DNA from: Desulfatiglandales bacterium
GTDB lineage: Bacteria; Desulfobacterota; DSM-4660; Desulfatiglandales; HGW-15
Assembly (NCBI GenBank): GCA_963667015.2
Contig: CAXXJJ010000004.1
Coordinates: 1,632,001 to 1,696,000 of the forward strand
Reading direction: 5' to 3'
DNA length: 64,000 bases
Shown: positions 47,736 through 59,442 of the stretch, piece after piece
How the letters are laid out: each line of letters opens with the position of its first letter
Numbering within the stretch: position 1 is the first letter of the stretch
Made by a program: the position numbers and the translations under genes
Notes under the pieces: generated by a model
Databases searched by the model: none
The model's input: only the letters and a program-made list of their open reading frames with translations
What the model was told of the DNA's origin: nothing

Positions 47736-49331
47736 TCACAACCTTTTTCTGATTAATCCTGTAAAGGCATTAAGCTCTCTGCAGCGAAGCAAAAAGGCAG
47801 CCAGCAGATAAATAATAACCCCTGAAATAACAAGAACAACTACCTGAATCATGAGGTTAAAGGCCCCCTGATCAGGATTATCCGGAAAAAAAAGAAATTT
47901 AAGGTAGTAAATTCCTGCCCCCATAATAATTCCTGATAAAATTACCCTGGCGAGAGATATAACAATTGGGGTTAATTTCCAGGATGAAATCTTTTTCTTA
48001 AGCAGAAAGACAAGTAAAATAAAGTTAATAGTAGATGATAGAGAAAGGGCAAGGGCAAGACCGCCATGTTTTAAAGGTCCCATAAGAATCATTCCCAGAA
48101 AAAGATATGACAGGAATGTAATAACAGATACCTTTACCGGGGTTAAGGTGTCCTGAAGTGCATAAAAGGCAGACACAACAATCTTGACTCCTGAAAAGGC
48201 CCATAGACCAAGCGCATAATACATCAATGCAATTGCAGTCATATCTCTTGAAAAGGCATCAAAGGCGCCTCTCTGAAAGAAAAGCTGAATTATGGGCTTC
48301 CCTAGAACAATCAGGCCTATAAGTGCCGGAACGGTTATAAAAAATGTTATCTTGAGGGCATGATTAATGGTATCGATAAATGCACTCTCTTCCTTTTCCA
48401 CGGCCTGCCTTGAAAGAGAGGGAAGTGCTGCTGTACTTATTGCAATGGCAAATACGCCAAGAGGCAGCTCAACAAGTCTGTCCGAATAATACAGCCAGGA
48501 AATGCTGCCGCCTGGGAGAAATGACGCCAGAAGAGTTGCTGTAAGCTGGTTTAACTGGTAGATAGCTGAACCGAAAAGGGCAGGAAGAACAAGCAGGCCT
48601 ATTCTTTTCACGGCAGGATGACCAGGCTGCCACATAGGCATAAGCGAAAGCCCTTTTTTAAAGACCACAGGCAACTGCAGCAAAACCTGGAGTACACCTC
48701 CTGCCAATACGCCGGCAGCAGTCGCAATTACGGGTTCCGAAAGGTGGGGGGCCACAAGAAGGGTTGCCCCGATAATACCCAGATTTAAAAAAATCGGAGC
48801 GGCGGCAGGAGCAGCAAAATGCTTAAGGCTATTGAGCACGCCCATAAAAAAGGCGACCAGGCTTACAAGGAATATATAGGGAAAGGTGATCCTGGTAAGA
48901 AGCACTGTGAGTTCATATTTAGGGCCTTCTGCTCCGAATCCGTTGGCAATAAGCCTGACAATCCAGGGCGAAAGCAGGATTCCGGCCACTGTTATCAGGG
49001 CAAGCAGAAGAGATAACAGTGTAAGGATAATTCTGGCGAGTTCAAATGCCTCTTTTTTCGACTTCTTCTGTAAATACTCGGTAAAAACAGGGATAAAGGC
49101 AATAGTCATGCTCCCTTCGGCTGTAAAACGCCGAAGCATATTGGGTATTTTAAATGCCACAACAAATGCATCAGCTGATATGGTTGCCCCAAAAAAGGAT
49201 GCTATCACCATATCCCTGACAAGACCTAATACCCTGCTTATCATGGTAAAAAAGGAAACAACACCTGCAGCCCTGCCCATGTTCCGTTTTTCTTTATTTG
49301 TTGTTTTTTCGTTAGAATCATTCATAATCAT
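47736..49331 (-). CDS. murJ: Lipid II flippase MurJ
   Basis: SRVLGLVRD, AFKIPNMLRRFTAEG, YYSDRLVELPLG. Confidence 0.95.
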   Translation of the reverse strand: MIMNDSNEKTTNKEKRNMGRAAGVVSFFTMISRVLGLVRDMVIASFFGATISADAFVVAFKIPNMLRRFTAEGSMTIAFIPVFTEYLQKKSKKEAFELARIILTLLSLLLALITVAGILLSPWIVRLIANGFGAEGPKYELTVLLTRITFPYIFLVSLVAFFMGVLNSLKHFAAPAAAPIFLNLGIIGATLLVAPHLSEPVIATAAGVLAGGVLQVLLQLPVVFKKGLSLMPMWQPGHPAVKRIGLLVLPALFGSAIYQLNQLTATLLASFLPGGSISWLYYSDRLVELPLGVFAIAISTAALPSLSRQAVEKEESAFIDTINHALKITFFITVPALIGLIVLGKPIIQLFFQRGAFDAFSRDMTAIALMYYALGLWAFSGVKIVVSAFYALQDTLTPVKVSVITFLSYLFLGMILMGPLKHGGLALALSLSSTINFILLVFLLKKKISSWKLTPIVISLARVILSGIIMGAGIYYLKFLFFPDNPDQGAFNLMIQVVVLVISGVIIYLLAAFLLRCRELNAFTGLIRKRL

Positions 49332-49408
49332 TTTTTATCTTGACAGTATTGTTCTATTCATTTATTAAGGATCGTTTAATAATCATATAAAAAACAGGAG
49401 TAAATAAT

Positions 49409-49678
49409 TTGGCAAATCATAAATCAGCTCTTAAAAGGGCAAGACAGAGTGAAGTAAGAAGACTCAGGAATATGAGTTATAAAACTCGTTCTAAAAATAT
49501 TGTAAAGGAAGTTAGGGCAGCAGTTACTGAAAGCGATAAGGAACAGGCCATTGAAAAGCTGAAAAAAGCAACTGCTATTATTCAGAAAAGTGCATCTAAA
49601 GGTGTATTTCATAAGAAAACAGCTTCCCGAAAGATATCCCGTCTTGCACGCCAGATTAACCAGATTGCGGCATCCTGA
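49409..49678 (+). CDS. rpsT: 30S ribosomal protein S20
   Basis: ANHKSALKRARQSEVRRLRN...HKKTASRKISRL. Confidence 0.97.
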   Translation: MANHKSALKRARQSEVRRLRNMSYKTRSKNIVKEVRAAVTESDKEQAIEKLKKATAIIQKSASKGVFHKKTASRKISRLARQINQIAAS

Positions 49679-49682
49679 TAAA

Positions 49683-50687
49683 TTATTTACAAAGTGATAG
49701 AACCAGGTTCTCAAGTACAGGTTTCGATCTCGAACCGGACTTGAGAAACCTGTCTGTTTCATAAAGTAATTTGATGCCCCTTTCAAGCTCTTCAGGCGTC
49801 CATTTTTTACATTGTTTGAGAAAATTCTGTACCGAAAACGGGGCAATACCCAGTTTTGAGGCAATACTGCCGGCATTTTCTCCCTTTGTGGACAGGGCCT
49901 TAACCTGCCATAACAGACCGACCTGCCTGTTAAGCATTCCGATTATCTGAAGAGGAGCGCTTTTTTTATCCTCCTCCTCTAAAAATCTTGACAGGACCGA
50001 AAGGGCCTGGGCCACTTTTTTTTCCGAGAGCGCATCCATTAGTTCAAAAATGGAATACATCCTGCTGTTAATGGCAAGATCCTTTACCTCCTGCTCCCCT
50101 ATTTTTTGTTCACCATAACTTAGTTTCAGTTTTTCAAGCTCGGAATAGATCTCCCTTAGCCTGCTCCCCGTAACCTCCTGAAGAAAGGCACATCCGTTTC
50201 GATCAATGTTGAGTCCAATCTCCCGGGCTATATTCTGTATCCATGGGACAATCTGATGTGCCCTTAATTCACTGAAATTAACAGCGTATCCTGCCGCTCT
50301 TATTGCCTTGTAAAATTTTTTCTTAAAATCGGTTTTTTCAGACAGGAATATAAGACAGGTGGAATCTACCGGTTTTTCAAGATAGGGAATAAATTTATTT
50401 AACTGATCTGCTTTATATGAGTCTGTTCTTCGCAGGATTATCAGGCGGCTTGATGCCAGGAAGGGAATTGTCTGTGCCCTGTTTACAACATCGACAGGAC
50501 TGGTCTCACCTCCATAACATATCTCCATATTAAAATCCCTGGCATTCTCAGGTATATACTCATTCCTGATTCTCCCGAGCACCCTTTCGAGAATAAATTC
50601 ATTAGGGCCGTAGAAAAGATAAAACGGGGCAAGCTTTCCTCTTTCCAATGCCTTTATAACATCCTCTGGTTTAAGATCGCCTGCCAT
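49683..50687 (-). CDS. holA: DNA polymerase III delta subunit
   Basis: PFYLFYGPNEF, ELEKL, SIFELMDAL; leuS-lptE-holA synteny. Confidence 0.92.
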   Translation of the reverse strand: MAGDLKPEDVIKALERGKLAPFYLFYGPNEFILERVLGRIRNEYIPENARDFNMEICYGGETSPVDVVNRAQTIPFLASSRLIILRRTDSYKADQLNKFIPYLEKPVDSTCLIFLSEKTDFKKKFYKAIRAAGYAVNFSELRAHQIVPWIQNIAREIGLNIDRNGCAFLQEVTGSRLREIYSELEKLKLSYGEQKIGEQEVKDLAINSRMYSIFELMDALSEKKVAQALSVLSRFLEEEDKKSAPLQIIGMLNRQVGLLWQVKALSTKGENAGSIASKLGIAPFSVQNFLKQCKKWTPEELERGIKLLYETDRFLKSGSRSKPVLENLVLSLCK

Positions 50688-51244
50688 TAAAACCTTTCCA
50701 TGGTCCTGTTATAAATTCTTTCCGAAAGGAGACCGGCAATCTTGAGGAGTGCCTCTTTCCGGTTTTTCCGGTTTACAAGAGGATCAGCCGTAACAGCGAA
50801 CATTGCTTCTTCTGTCATTGAGCTGTCATTCCATACAGACTTTCCGGTTGAACTGTCAATAAGACTTGCGTTAAGGCAGAGAACCAGACGTCTGCTGCTG
50901 GTTGTTTCATGGGTAAATACCCTCCCTGAAACCGACGTCCGGCTTGAATCATAGGTTAAAGGTTGAGTATTTACTTCATAGATCTCGATTTTAAGGACCA
51001 TATTGGCCTGATCCTTATCTTTAAGAGGAACACGGGCATGACTGATAAATTCATTTCTTAATACAGTTGTAAAATCAGACTCAAATCCTTTTTCTGCTGA
51101 GGAACTTTCCACCATGGGTATGGCAATGCTTTTAATCTCAATACCCACCGGTTCACCATCAGCTCTGAAATTATACCCGCAGCCGTAAACAGAAAAAAGG
51201 GCAAGGATTAAAACCAGACTGTATACAGGCCTTGTAAGATTCAT
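50687..51244 (-). CDS. lptE: LPS assembly lipoprotein LptE
   Basis: Lipobox VYGCGYNF; position between leuS and holA. Confidence 0.85.
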   Translation of the reverse strand: MNLTRPVYSLVLILALFSVYGCGYNFRADGEPVGIEIKSIAIPMVESSSAEKGFESDFTTVLRNEFISHARVPLKDKDQANMVLKIEIYEVNTQPLTYDSSRTSVSGRVFTHETTSSRRLVLCLNASLIDSSTGKSVWNDSSMTEEAMFAVTADPLVNRKNRKEALLKIAGLLSERIYNRTMERF

Positions 51245-53832
51245 TACTTGTTTTCCTGTATTACAATATTTACAAGTTTCTGCTGAATAACAATTATCTT
51301 TTTAATCTCTTTTTCCCCGATAAAATTCCTGATCTTCTCATCATTAACCGCCTCTTTTTCAATTTCTTCCTTTGAAAAGGAAGCAGGAATCTCGATCTTG
51401 CTTCTGACCTTTCCGTTTACCTGAACAACAAGAAGCTTCTTGTCAACTTCAAGGGCGTCTTCACTGTAGGTCGGCCACCTGGCATCCAGTAGTGAACCCT
51501 CATGACCCAGTATATGCCACAGCTCTTCGGTTATGTGAGGGACCACAGGAGAAAGCAGAAGTATGGTCTTCTCGGCAGCATCCCTTATTACCATCCAGGC
51601 CTTTTCATTATTCTCCCTGCCGTCATTCAGATATTTATAGATTTCATTTATAAGCTCCATTACTGCGCTTATGGCGGTATTAAAGTGAAACCTGTCTTCG
51701 ATATCGTTTGATACCTTTTTGACTGTCTCATGTATCTTTCGGTTTATTGCCTTAAGCTCATCATCCAATCCTTCTTCACTGCTGATGGACGGAGCATTTT
51801 TCAGATTATCCAGATTGTCTGTTACAAGTCTCCATACCCTACTCAGGAACCTGTATGCGCCATCTACTCCCTGGTCGCTCCACTCAAGATCACGTTCAGG
51901 TGGTGATGCAAACAGACAGAACATGCGGACAGTGTCTGCGCCATATGTGTCTACAAGCTGTGCGGGGTCGACTACATTCTTCTTGGATTTTGACATCTTG
52001 ATGCTTCGGCCCCTTATTATCTGAGCTCCGCACTTTACACACTTGTCGTCAGTCACCTCATTCGGGAAAAGATATCCATGTTCCGAGCATTCTTCGGTCT
52101 CCTTACAAACCATACCCTGGGTAAGGAGATTCTTGAAGGGCTCGTCAATATGGGAATAACCCAGATCCTTAAGGACCCTCATAAAAAACCTTGAATACAG
52201 AAGATGCAGAATTGCATGCTCAATCCCGCCTATGTACTGATCAACAGGCAGCCAGTATTTGACATTTTCTATATCAACAGGGGCCTTATCATAGCGCGGG
52301 CTGGCATACCTTGCAAAATACCATGAAGACTCAACAAATGTGTCCATTGTGTCGGTTTCCCGCCGCGCACTGCCATTACATTTTGGACAGGTTGTTTCAT
52401 AAAAGTCCGGTTCAAATGGAAGAGGTGATCCTCCGCCCTGCCTGAGTTCCTTATCCAGAGGAAGCCTGACAGGAAGCTCCTTTTCATCCACAGGAACAGT
52501 CCCGCACTTCTCACAGTATATTATAGGTATCGGGGCACCCCAGTATCTCTGGCGCGATATATTCCAGTCTCTGATTCTGAAATTTACTGTTTTATTTCCC
52601 AGGCCCTTTTTATCCAGGTATTGTGCTATTTCTTCCTGTGCCTCAATATTGCCAAGCCCGTTAAAAGGTCCCGAATTAATAAGCACACCCTGCTCTTCAT
52701 AGGCCTCGGTCATGGTATCGGCGGAAAGCTCTGTGTCTTTAGGGGTTATAACTACTCTCTTTTTAATATTGTATTTTTCAGCGAATTCAAAATCCCTTTG
52801 ATCATGGGTAGGGACGGACATAATAGCCCCTGTCCCGTAATCATAAAGTACAAAGTTGGCTACATATATTGGTATTTCTTCTTCAGTAAGGGGATTCAAG
52901 GCATACCGCCCAGTAAATATACCCTCTTTTTCAGTAAAATCGGCAGTCCTTATAAAACCATCTACCTTCATGGTGCGATCAATAAAACTAAGGACGTCTG
53001 CTTCCTGAGATGAGCCTTTTACCATCTCTTTAAGCATCGGATGTTCTGGAGCAAAACACATGAAAGTAGCGCCGAATACCGTGTCAGGCCTTGTAGTAAA
53101 CACCTCAATTACCTGATCGGAATCTACCAGTGGAAATTTGATTATTGCACCAAAGCTTTTTCCTATCCAGTTTTTCTGCATGGTTATGACCCTTTCAGGC
53201 CATCCCTCAAGCGCATCACATTTTTGCAGGATATCTTCTACATAGTCGGTAACCTTGAAGTACCAGCTGTCCATTTCCTTCAGGATTACCTCCTTGTTTG
53301 TGTGGCGCCAGCAGCATCCGTTTTCGACCTGCTCCTTTGCCAGTACAGTCTGGCAGCTTTCACACCAGTTTACATGAGTTCTTTTTTTATAGGCCAGGCC
53401 TTTTTCGTACATCTTTATAAATATGAGCTGCTCCCAACGGTAATAGTCAGGATCACATGTGGCAACTTCACGGTTCCAGTCATAGCTGAAGCCCATCATC
53501 TTGAGCTGGGACTTCATATTTTCAATGTTGGAATATGTCCATTTTGCAGGATGGGTATCGTTGTCGATTGCCGCATTTTCAGCGGGAAGACCAAAGGCGT
53601 CCCAGCCCATTGGATGCAGCACATTTTTACCTGCCATCCTTTTATATCTGGCAACTACATCCCCGATAGTATAATTCCGGACATGACCCATATGGATCTT
53701 GCCTGAGGGATATGGGAACATTTCAAGCAGATAATATTTTTCACGGTCGGGAAGTTCCCTGACTTCAAAAAGGTTTTCTTTATCCCAGTGTTCCTGCCAT
53801 TTCTTTTCTATTGTTTTTGGGTTGTACTTCAC
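51244..53832 (-). CDS. leuS: Leucine--tRNA ligase
   Basis: [32 protein letters not shown]. Confidence 0.98.
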   Translation of the reverse strand: MKYNPKTIEKKWQEHWDKENLFEVRELPDREKYYLLEMFPYPSGKIHMGHVRNYTIGDVVARYKRMAGKNVLHPMGWDAFGLPAENAAIDNDTHPAKWTYSNIENMKSQLKMMGFSYDWNREVATCDPDYYRWEQLIFIKMYEKGLAYKKRTHVNWCESCQTVLAKEQVENGCCWRHTNKEVILKEMDSWYFKVTDYVEDILQKCDALEGWPERVITMQKNWIGKSFGAIIKFPLVDSDQVIEVFTTRPDTVFGATFMCFAPEHPMLKEMVKGSSQEADVLSFIDRTMKVDGFIRTADFTEKEGIFTGRYALNPLTEEEIPIYVANFVLYDYGTGAIMSVPTHDQRDFEFAEKYNIKKRVVITPKDTELSADTMTEAYEEQGVLINSGPFNGLGNIEAQEEIAQYLDKKGLGNKTVNFRIRDWNISRQRYWGAPIPIIYCEKCGTVPVDEKELPVRLPLDKELRQGGGSPLPFEPDFYETTCPKCNGSARRETDTMDTFVESSWYFARYASPRYDKAPVDIENVKYWLPVDQYIGGIEHAILHLLYSRFFMRVLKDLGYSHIDEPFKNLLTQGMVCKETEECSEHGYLFPNEVTDDKCVKCGAQIIRGRSIKMSKSKKNVVDPAQLVDTYGADTVRMFCLFASPPERDLEWSDQGVDGAYRFLSRVWRLVTDNLDNLKNAPSISSEEGLDDELKAINRKIHETVKKVSNDIEDRFHFNTAISAVMELINEIYKYLNDGRENNEKAWMVIRDAAEKTILLLSPVVPHITEELWHILGHEGSLLDARWPTYSEDALEVDKKLLVVQVNGKVRSKIEIPASFSKEEIEKEAVNDEKIRNFIGEKEIKKIIVIQQKLVNIVIQENK

Positions 53833-53864
53833 AATACTACTTTGCCTTTCATGTTTATTGTTAT

Positions 53865-54476
53865 TTATGCAGCAAGTTCGGACAGACCGGCTACCTGAAA
53901 ACCCGAGCCCTTATCCAGTATAATTGAAAGTTCAGTAAGGGGAGAAAAATGTTTTCTTAAACTATCGGCCACCATATCAACCAGTTTTATGTAATCATTG
54001 GTAATAGAAATATAGAATTTTAATATAAAATCAGGGGCATCCTTATATTTATCCAGATAAATCCCGACAAGATTTTTAACAGCGGTTTCGATATGAATAT
54101 CAAACCCGGGTTCACCCGCAGATGTATCAGGTATCTGCAAACCGAATTCACTGATATTCATTTTTACCAGCGCATCTCCTGCATTGATTGTTTCACGTTC
54201 AAGCACATCAATCGAATACATTGATTCTTCGCCCAGCCCATGAATAAGCAGTTTATCCGCCTTGATGGAATTCTGAGTTGCAAACAGCAGCTTATCTCCG
54301 CATTCACCCGACCAGATTCCCGACTGAACAATCTTACGAATACTTCCGGCCATTTTCTTATCAATAGAATCCAGGAATGGCGACATTTTATCCTGAACCT
54401 TGAATGAAAGAATAACTACTGCCTCACACCACAGTTCTTCAAGTGTGCGATTTGTAAATCTCAGATCAAGCCGCAT
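53865..54476 (-). CDS. Stand-alone peptidase M17 N-terminal (macro-like) domain protein
   Basis: IDKKMAGSI...[10 protein letters not shown]...[10 protein letters not shown] pattern; no catalytic domain. Confidence 0.65.
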   Translation of the reverse strand: MRLDLRFTNRTLEELWCEAVVILSFKVQDKMSPFLDSIDKKMAGSIRKIVQSGIWSGECGDKLLFATQNSIKADKLLIHGLGEESMYSIDVLERETINAGDALVKMNISEFGLQIPDTSAGEPGFDIHIETAVKNLVGIYLDKYKDAPDFILKFYISITNDYIKLVDMVADSLRKHFSPLTELSIILDKGSGFQVAGLSELAA

Positions 54477-54481
54477 GTTAT

Positions 54482-54907
54482 CTATTTTTCCTGATTTTGA
54501 TCCTTGATATGTGCCAGATAAATATTATCCAGCACGCCATTTATGAAAGCACCTGATTCCTCTGTGCCATATTTTTTGCCCAGCTCCACTGCCTCATCAA
54601 TGGATACCTTATGGGGTATATTCTCCATAAACAACATCTCATAGACGCTCAGCCGGAGAATACTTCTATCCACCCTGGACATTCTTTCAAGACGCCAGTT
54701 CTTTGAAGCCTTTTTTATCAGTTTATCAATCCGCTCCCGGTTTTCACATACACCCCGGACAAGTTCTTTTGAAAAGGCCCTGAGGGATTTAGGAGCATTG
54801 AAATTCTCACATATCAGCTCAAAACTTTTATCCGGATTACCGGAATTGTATTCCATATGAAAGAGGATCTGTGTTACCAGTTCACGGGCTTTTCTTCTGT
54901 TTCCCAT
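54482..54907 (-). CDS. nusB: Transcription antitermination factor NusB
   Basis: RRKARE, NWRLERMSRVDRSILR, EAVELGKKYG, FINGVLD. Confidence 0.96.
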   Translation of the reverse strand: MGNRRKARELVTQILFHMEYNSGNPDKSFELICENFNAPKSLRAFSKELVRGVCENRERIDKLIKKASKNWRLERMSRVDRSILRLSVYEMLFMENIPHKVSIDEAVELGKKYGTEESGAFINGVLDNIYLAHIKDQNQEK

Positions 54908-54943
54908 TATACCTTATCTTTTCAAAGCACTGACAGGTTATTG

Positions 54944-55411
54944 CTACTTCATGGTCTTAAAAAGGCTTGCCATCTCCATAGCAGCCATTGCAGCATCCCA
55001 ACCCTTGTTGCCTGCCTTTGATCCGGCTCTCTCAATGGCCTGTTCAAGGTTATCAGTGGTAAGAACACCAAAGGTAACAGGAATATTGCTTTCAAGAGAG
55101 ACAACCGCTACGCCCTTTGCAACTTCGGAAGCAACGTAATCAAAATGCGGTGTAGCACCTCTTATTACAGCGCCCAGGCAGATTATTGCATCAAAATCAG
55201 CCTTTGCAGCAAGTCTCTTGGCTGCAATGGGAATCTCAAAGGCACCCGGAACCTTCACCTGGGTTACATCATCTTCATCAACCCCATGCCTCTTAAGGGC
55301 GTCCATGGCTCCTTCAACCAGCTTCGAACAGATAAAATCATTAAACCGGCTTACCACTATTGCAAACTTAAAACCTTCTGCAGTTATAATACCTTCAAGT
55401 ACTTTTGGCAT
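54944..55411 (-). CDS. ribH: 6,7-dimethyl-8-ribityllumazine synthase
   Basis: [32 protein letters not shown]. Confidence 0.97.
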   Translation of the reverse strand: MPKVLEGIITAEGFKFAIVVSRFNDFICSKLVEGAMDALKRHGVDEDDVTQVKVPGAFEIPIAAKRLAAKADFDAIICLGAVIRGATPHFDYVASEVAKGVAVVSLESNIPVTFGVLTTDNLEQAIERAGSKAGNKGWDAAMAAMEMASLFKTMK

Positions 55412-55427
55412 TTTTTTCTCCTGTTGT

Positions 55428-56642
55428 TTATTTTATATCTTTCCCTATTTTCATCATATGACCAAGCTTTTGGCATTTAGTCATCAGGTATTTAATATTT
55501 TCAGGTTTCGGCTCGCATTCGATAGGAACCCTGTCAGTGACCTCCAGATTATAACCTTCGATTCCCTTTATCTTCTTCGGATTATTGGTCATCATCCTCA
55601 TTTTTTTAACGCCAAGAGCTGCAAGCATCTGGGCGCCGACGCCATAATCGCGAAGATCTGCTTCAAACCCAAGTTCTTCATTGGCCTCAACAGTATCAAA
55701 ACCCTTATCCTGAAGCGCATAGGCCTTTAGTTTGTTTGCCAGGCCTATACCTCTTCCTTCCTGCTGGAGATAGAGAATAACGCCAAGGCCTTCCTTCTGA
55801 ATCATCTCCATGGCCTTTTCCAGTTGATTTCCGCAGTCACACCTGTAGGACCCGAACACATCACCTGTCAGACACTGGGAATGAACCCTGACAAGCACTT
55901 CCTTTTCAGGATCTATTTCTCCCTTAACAATAGCAAGGTGTTCATTACTATCGATATCATTTACAAAGCCATATGCCTTGAATTCACCATAGGGAGTAGG
56001 AAGAACGGTCTCCGCTACCATGTGAACAAAAGATTCGTTTCTCATCCGGTAGGCAATAATATCCGCTACCGTGGCTATTTTAAGATCGTGCTCTTCGGCA
56101 AACTCAATAAGATCGGGCATACGGGCCATTGTTCCGTCGTCATTCATGATCTCGCATATTACACCCGCCGGCTTAAGACCCGCAAGCCTTGCAAGATCAA
56201 CCGAACCTTCGGTCTGGCCTGTCCGGAATAAAACCCCTCCCTTTCGTGCCCTTAGAGGAAAGATATGACCCGGCTGAACCAGATCCTTAGGCTTTGCATC
56301 ATCCTTAACCGCGGTAAGTATGGTGTGAGCCCTGTCATGTGCCGAAATTCCCGTGGTAACCCCTTCCCTGGCCTCAATTGACACGGTAAAGGCGGTATTA
56401 AATGGCGACTGATTATCGTCAACCATGAGGTGCAGGCCCAGCTGCTCGACTATTTTAGGATCAAGCGACAGGCATATAAGTCCCCTGCCGTATTTGGCCA
56501 TAAAATTTATCGCCTCAGGAGTAACCTTTTCAGCGGCCATTGTGAGGTCACCCTCGTTTTCCCTGTCTTCATCGTCTACAAGGATTATCATTTTACCGTT
56601 TTTCAAATCTTCAATAACATCTTCAATTCTTGATATAGTCAT
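55428..56642 (-). CDS. ribBA: Bifunctional DHBP synthase / GTP cyclohydrolase II
   Basis: [28 protein letters not shown]...[13 protein letters not shown]. Confidence 0.97.
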   Translation of the reverse strand: MTISRIEDVIEDLKNGKMIILVDDEDRENEGDLTMAAEKVTPEAINFMAKYGRGLICLSLDPKIVEQLGLHLMVDDNQSPFNTAFTVSIEAREGVTTGISAHDRAHTILTAVKDDAKPKDLVQPGHIFPLRARKGGVLFRTGQTEGSVDLARLAGLKPAGVICEIMNDDGTMARMPDLIEFAEEHDLKIATVADIIAYRMRNESFVHMVAETVLPTPYGEFKAYGFVNDIDSNEHLAIVKGEIDPEKEVLVRVHSQCLTGDVFGSYRCDCGNQLEKAMEMIQKEGLGVILYLQQEGRGIGLANKLKAYALQDKGFDTVEANEELGFEADLRDYGVGAQMLAALGVKKMRMMTNNPKKIKGIEGYNLEVTDRVPIECEPKPENIKYLMTKCQKLGHMMKIGKDIK

Positions 56643-57310
56643 TTGATATTACTGCCAAATCCAAACTGTGCCAGCATCTCCATGCTGATGGATGAAGAAG
56701 CATTGTTATTTCCGGCAGCCCTCTCCTTAAAAAATAATTTTTCAATATACTTTGCAATTAGGTCGGTTTCAATATTAACCATGTCACCGGCCTTTTTCTT
56801 TAAAAGCGTGGTTGAAGTCCATGTTTCAGGAATGATATTAACCTCAAAATACCCCTTTTGACAAACATTTATAGTAAGACTTATTCCATCGATTGTAATA
56901 GAGCCTTTTTCAATCGTATACCTTGAGAGATTTTCATCGATCGATACACCTATCAGCCATGACTGTTTTACCTGCTTTTTTTCGGATATTTTGCCTATAC
57001 CATCCACATGACCGGATACAATATGACCGCCAAGTCTGTCCGAAAGCCTTAAGGCCCTCTCGAGGTTGACCTCCGATCCATTTCTCAATGCCCCGGTTGT
57101 CGTCCTTGAGGTTGTCTCTGCCGAGGCATACATCTTAAGCAGGCCGTCATTGATTTCGGTAACTGTAAGACAGACACCGTTGACTGCAACGCTGTCTCCG
57201 ATACGGCAGTCTGACATATCAAAGAGGGGCACAATAGAAATATTCATATCCCCGCCGGATAAACGAGCATCTCTGATTATTCCTGTTCCTTCAATAAGTC
57301 CTGTAAACAT
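56639..57310 (-). CDS. ribE: Riboflavin synthase
   Basis: [31 protein letters not shown]. Confidence 0.95.
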   Translation of the reverse strand: MFTGLIEGTGIIRDARLSGGDMNISIVPLFDMSDCRIGDSVAVNGVCLTVTEINDGLLKMYASAETTSRTTTGALRNGSEVNLERALRLSDRLGGHIVSGHVDGIGKISEKKQVKQSWLIGVSIDENLSRYTIEKGSITIDGISLTINVCQKGYFEVNIIPETWTSTTLLKKKAGDMVNIETDLIAKYIEKLFFKERAAGNNNASSSISMEMLAQFGFGSNIK

Positions 57311-57329
57311 ATGTCATCCTGTCGTTGAT

Positions 57330-58433
57330 TTATGCCGGATAGCCTGAAATCAGGATATCATTGCCATATTTTTTTACCGTTACCCCTTTGAGGCCAATTG
57401 AATCAGTCATGTAAACAGGCCCTGCCCCCTTTGACATGGGGATTCCATCGTTTCCTCCAAGCAGTTTTGGGGCCTTGAATATCATAAACTTGTCAATAAG
57501 TCTCTCTCTTATCATGGCCCCCATCAGACCCGCTCCGCCTTCGAACAAAACCGATGTTATGGAGTTTTTCCCAAGGATATCCATCATGGCATTGAGATCT
57601 ACATGATTATCCTTAACAGGGCATTTTATGACAGAGGTATTACCTCTTTCAATCCGTTTTATCAACATCTCATCCGTATTTTCACCGGTAATAATATAGT
57701 TTCGGGATTCTGAATTTTCCTTCAGCAACCGGGCATTTTCAGGTATCCGAAGACGGGTATCAACTATGATTCTATGAGGGTCACGCCCCTTCCCTCGTTT
57801 GGGTCTGGATGTGAGCTGTGGATCATCGGCAATTACAGTACCAATCCCCACCATTACAGCATCGACCTCAGATCTCAGCCTGTGAACATACTGTCTTGCC
57901 TCTTCTCCGGTCACCCAAATGGAATGCCCTGTTGAGGTTGCAGAATACCCGTCAAGTGTGAGGGCTGATTTGGCTATGATAAAAGGCATTCCGGTTCTAC
58001 TGTACTTACTCCATGATTCAAGGAGCTGTTCACACTCCTTCTGAAGGACTCCTGTTTTTACATTGATACCTTGCGATATCAGGTATTCTGCTCCCCCGCC
58101 TTTTACAGAAGGATTTGGATCCTTCATCCCGACAACCACGTTTTTAATGCCGCTTTCCAGAATAGCCCTGGTGCACGGTGGAGTTTTCCCATGGTGGTTA
58201 CAGGGCTCAAGGGTTACATACATTATATCACTGGGATTTGCTTCCACCTTGAGATTGGAAAGGGTGTCCACCTCGGCATGTGCTGCGCCGGCCTTTTTAT
58301 GGTATCCTGACGCAATTATAGTGTCATCCCTGACTATCACGGCACCAACTGCCGGATTTGGAGATGTCTTTCCTGTGCCCTTTTTAGCCATCCTGATGGC
58401 ACTTTTCATATATTTTATATCTTTATCACTCAA
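57330..58433 (-). CDS. ribD: Riboflavin deaminase/reductase RibD
   Basis: PNPAVGAV, HAE, TLEPCNHHGKTPPC, DDPQLT. Confidence 0.96.
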   Translation of the reverse strand: MSDKDIKYMKSAIRMAKKGTGKTSPNPAVGAVIVRDDTIIASGYHKKAGAAHAEVDTLSNLKVEANPSDIMYVTLEPCNHHGKTPPCTRAILESGIKNVVVGMKDPNPSVKGGGAEYLISQGINVKTGVLQKECEQLLESWSKYSRTGMPFIIAKSALTLDGYSATSTGHSIWVTGEEARQYVHRLRSEVDAVMVGIGTVIADDPQLTSRPKRGKGRDPHRIIVDTRLRIPENARLLKENSESRNYIITGENTDEMLIKRIERGNTSVIKCPVKDNHVDLNAMMDILGKNSITSVLFEGGAGLMGAMIRERLIDKFMIFKAPKLLGGNDGIPMSKGAGPVYMTDSIGLKGVTVKKYGNDILISGYPA

Positions 58434-58500
58434 TTTTTTCTATCAGGAAAGAGTTAATAATTCTAAAAAGACAGGGGATATTGGAAAGAATGAAGCGGGG

Positions 58501-58971
58501 TTAACTTACCTCTTCTCGTCTGGTCTTAAGGATATCTTCGAGTTCATTCATGAATTCATTAATATCCTTGAACTGCCTGTACACAGATGCAAAACGGACA
58601 TAGGCTACCTCATCCCAGTCTTTAAGACTGCTTATGACCCTTTCCCCGACCTCTTTGCTCTCGACTTCTTTTTTACCAAGCTCCTGAAAATATACTTCCA
58701 GTGAATCTACAAAATCTTCAATTTTTGTTACACTCACAGGACGTTTCTGGCAGGACATTTTAATTCCCGCTATTATCTTATCCCGGTTGAATGGCTCTCT
58801 CCTGCCGTCTTTTTTTACAACCATTGGCAGTATTTCTTCAAGCCTTTCATAGGTAGTGAAACGCCTGGCACAGTCCAGACATTCCCTTCTTCTTCTAATT
58901 GTTCGACCATCTTTGCTCAACCTTGAATCTATAACCTTATTTTCGATCTTGGAGCAGTAGGGGCACTTCAT
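58501..58971 (-). CDS. nrdR: Transcriptional repressor NrdR
   Basis: [35 protein letters not shown]. Confidence 0.97.
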   Translation of the reverse strand: MKCPYCSKIENKVIDSRLSKDGRTIRRRRECLDCARRFTTYERLEEILPMVVKKDGRREPFNRDKIIAGIKMSCQKRPVSVTKIEDFVDSLEVYFQELGKKEVESKEVGERVISSLKDWDEVAYVRFASVYRQFKDINEFMNELEDILKTRREEVS

Positions 58972-59414
58972 ATAGTCAACCTTTCGATTTCAAGATTAGC
59001 CTCTGCCAGCATCTGATCCGATAATGGATCATCATACCCTTCAGCATAATAAATCTTGCTGATCCCGGCATTTATTATCATTTTTGTACATATCACACAG
59101 GGCTTATTTGTACAATAAAGAACTGATCCATTAATGGATATGCCGTGATAGGCTGCCTGTATTATAAGATTCTGTTCTGCGTGCAGGCCTCTGCACAATT
59201 CATGTCTCTGACCTGAAGGAATTTCCGAATTTGCCCTGAGGCAGCCCGCCTCCGCACAATGCCTTAGACCAGAGGGGGCACCATTATAACCGGTAGCAAG
59301 TATCCTTTTATCTTTAACCAGTATTGCGCCGACATGGCGTCTGATGCATGTTGATCGTTTAGCAACAAGCGCGGTAATTGCCATAAAATATTCTGGCCAG
59401 GATGGTCGGGTCAA
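58968..59414 (-). CDS. dCMP deaminase family protein
   Basis: [26 protein letters not shown]. Confidence 0.92.
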   Translation of the reverse strand: MTRPSWPEYFMAITALVAKRSTCIRRHVGAILVKDKRILATGYNGAPSGLRHCAEAGCLRANSEIPSGQRHELCRGLHAEQNLIIQAAYHGISINGSVLYCTNKPCVICTKMIINAGISKIYYAEGYDDPLSDQMLAEANLEIERLTI

Positions 59415-59442
59415 TTATAACTCCTTGTTTTAGATATCTTTA

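Noticed and set aside
58434..58500. Possible FMN riboswitch before ribD
   Set aside because: The gap is only about 67 nt and lacks RFN consensus; the rib genes are internal to a long operon
53041..58704. Long + strand ORFs (e.g. 53041-53706, 55218-55730, 58063-58704)
   Set aside because: Antisense to well-conserved leuS and rib genes
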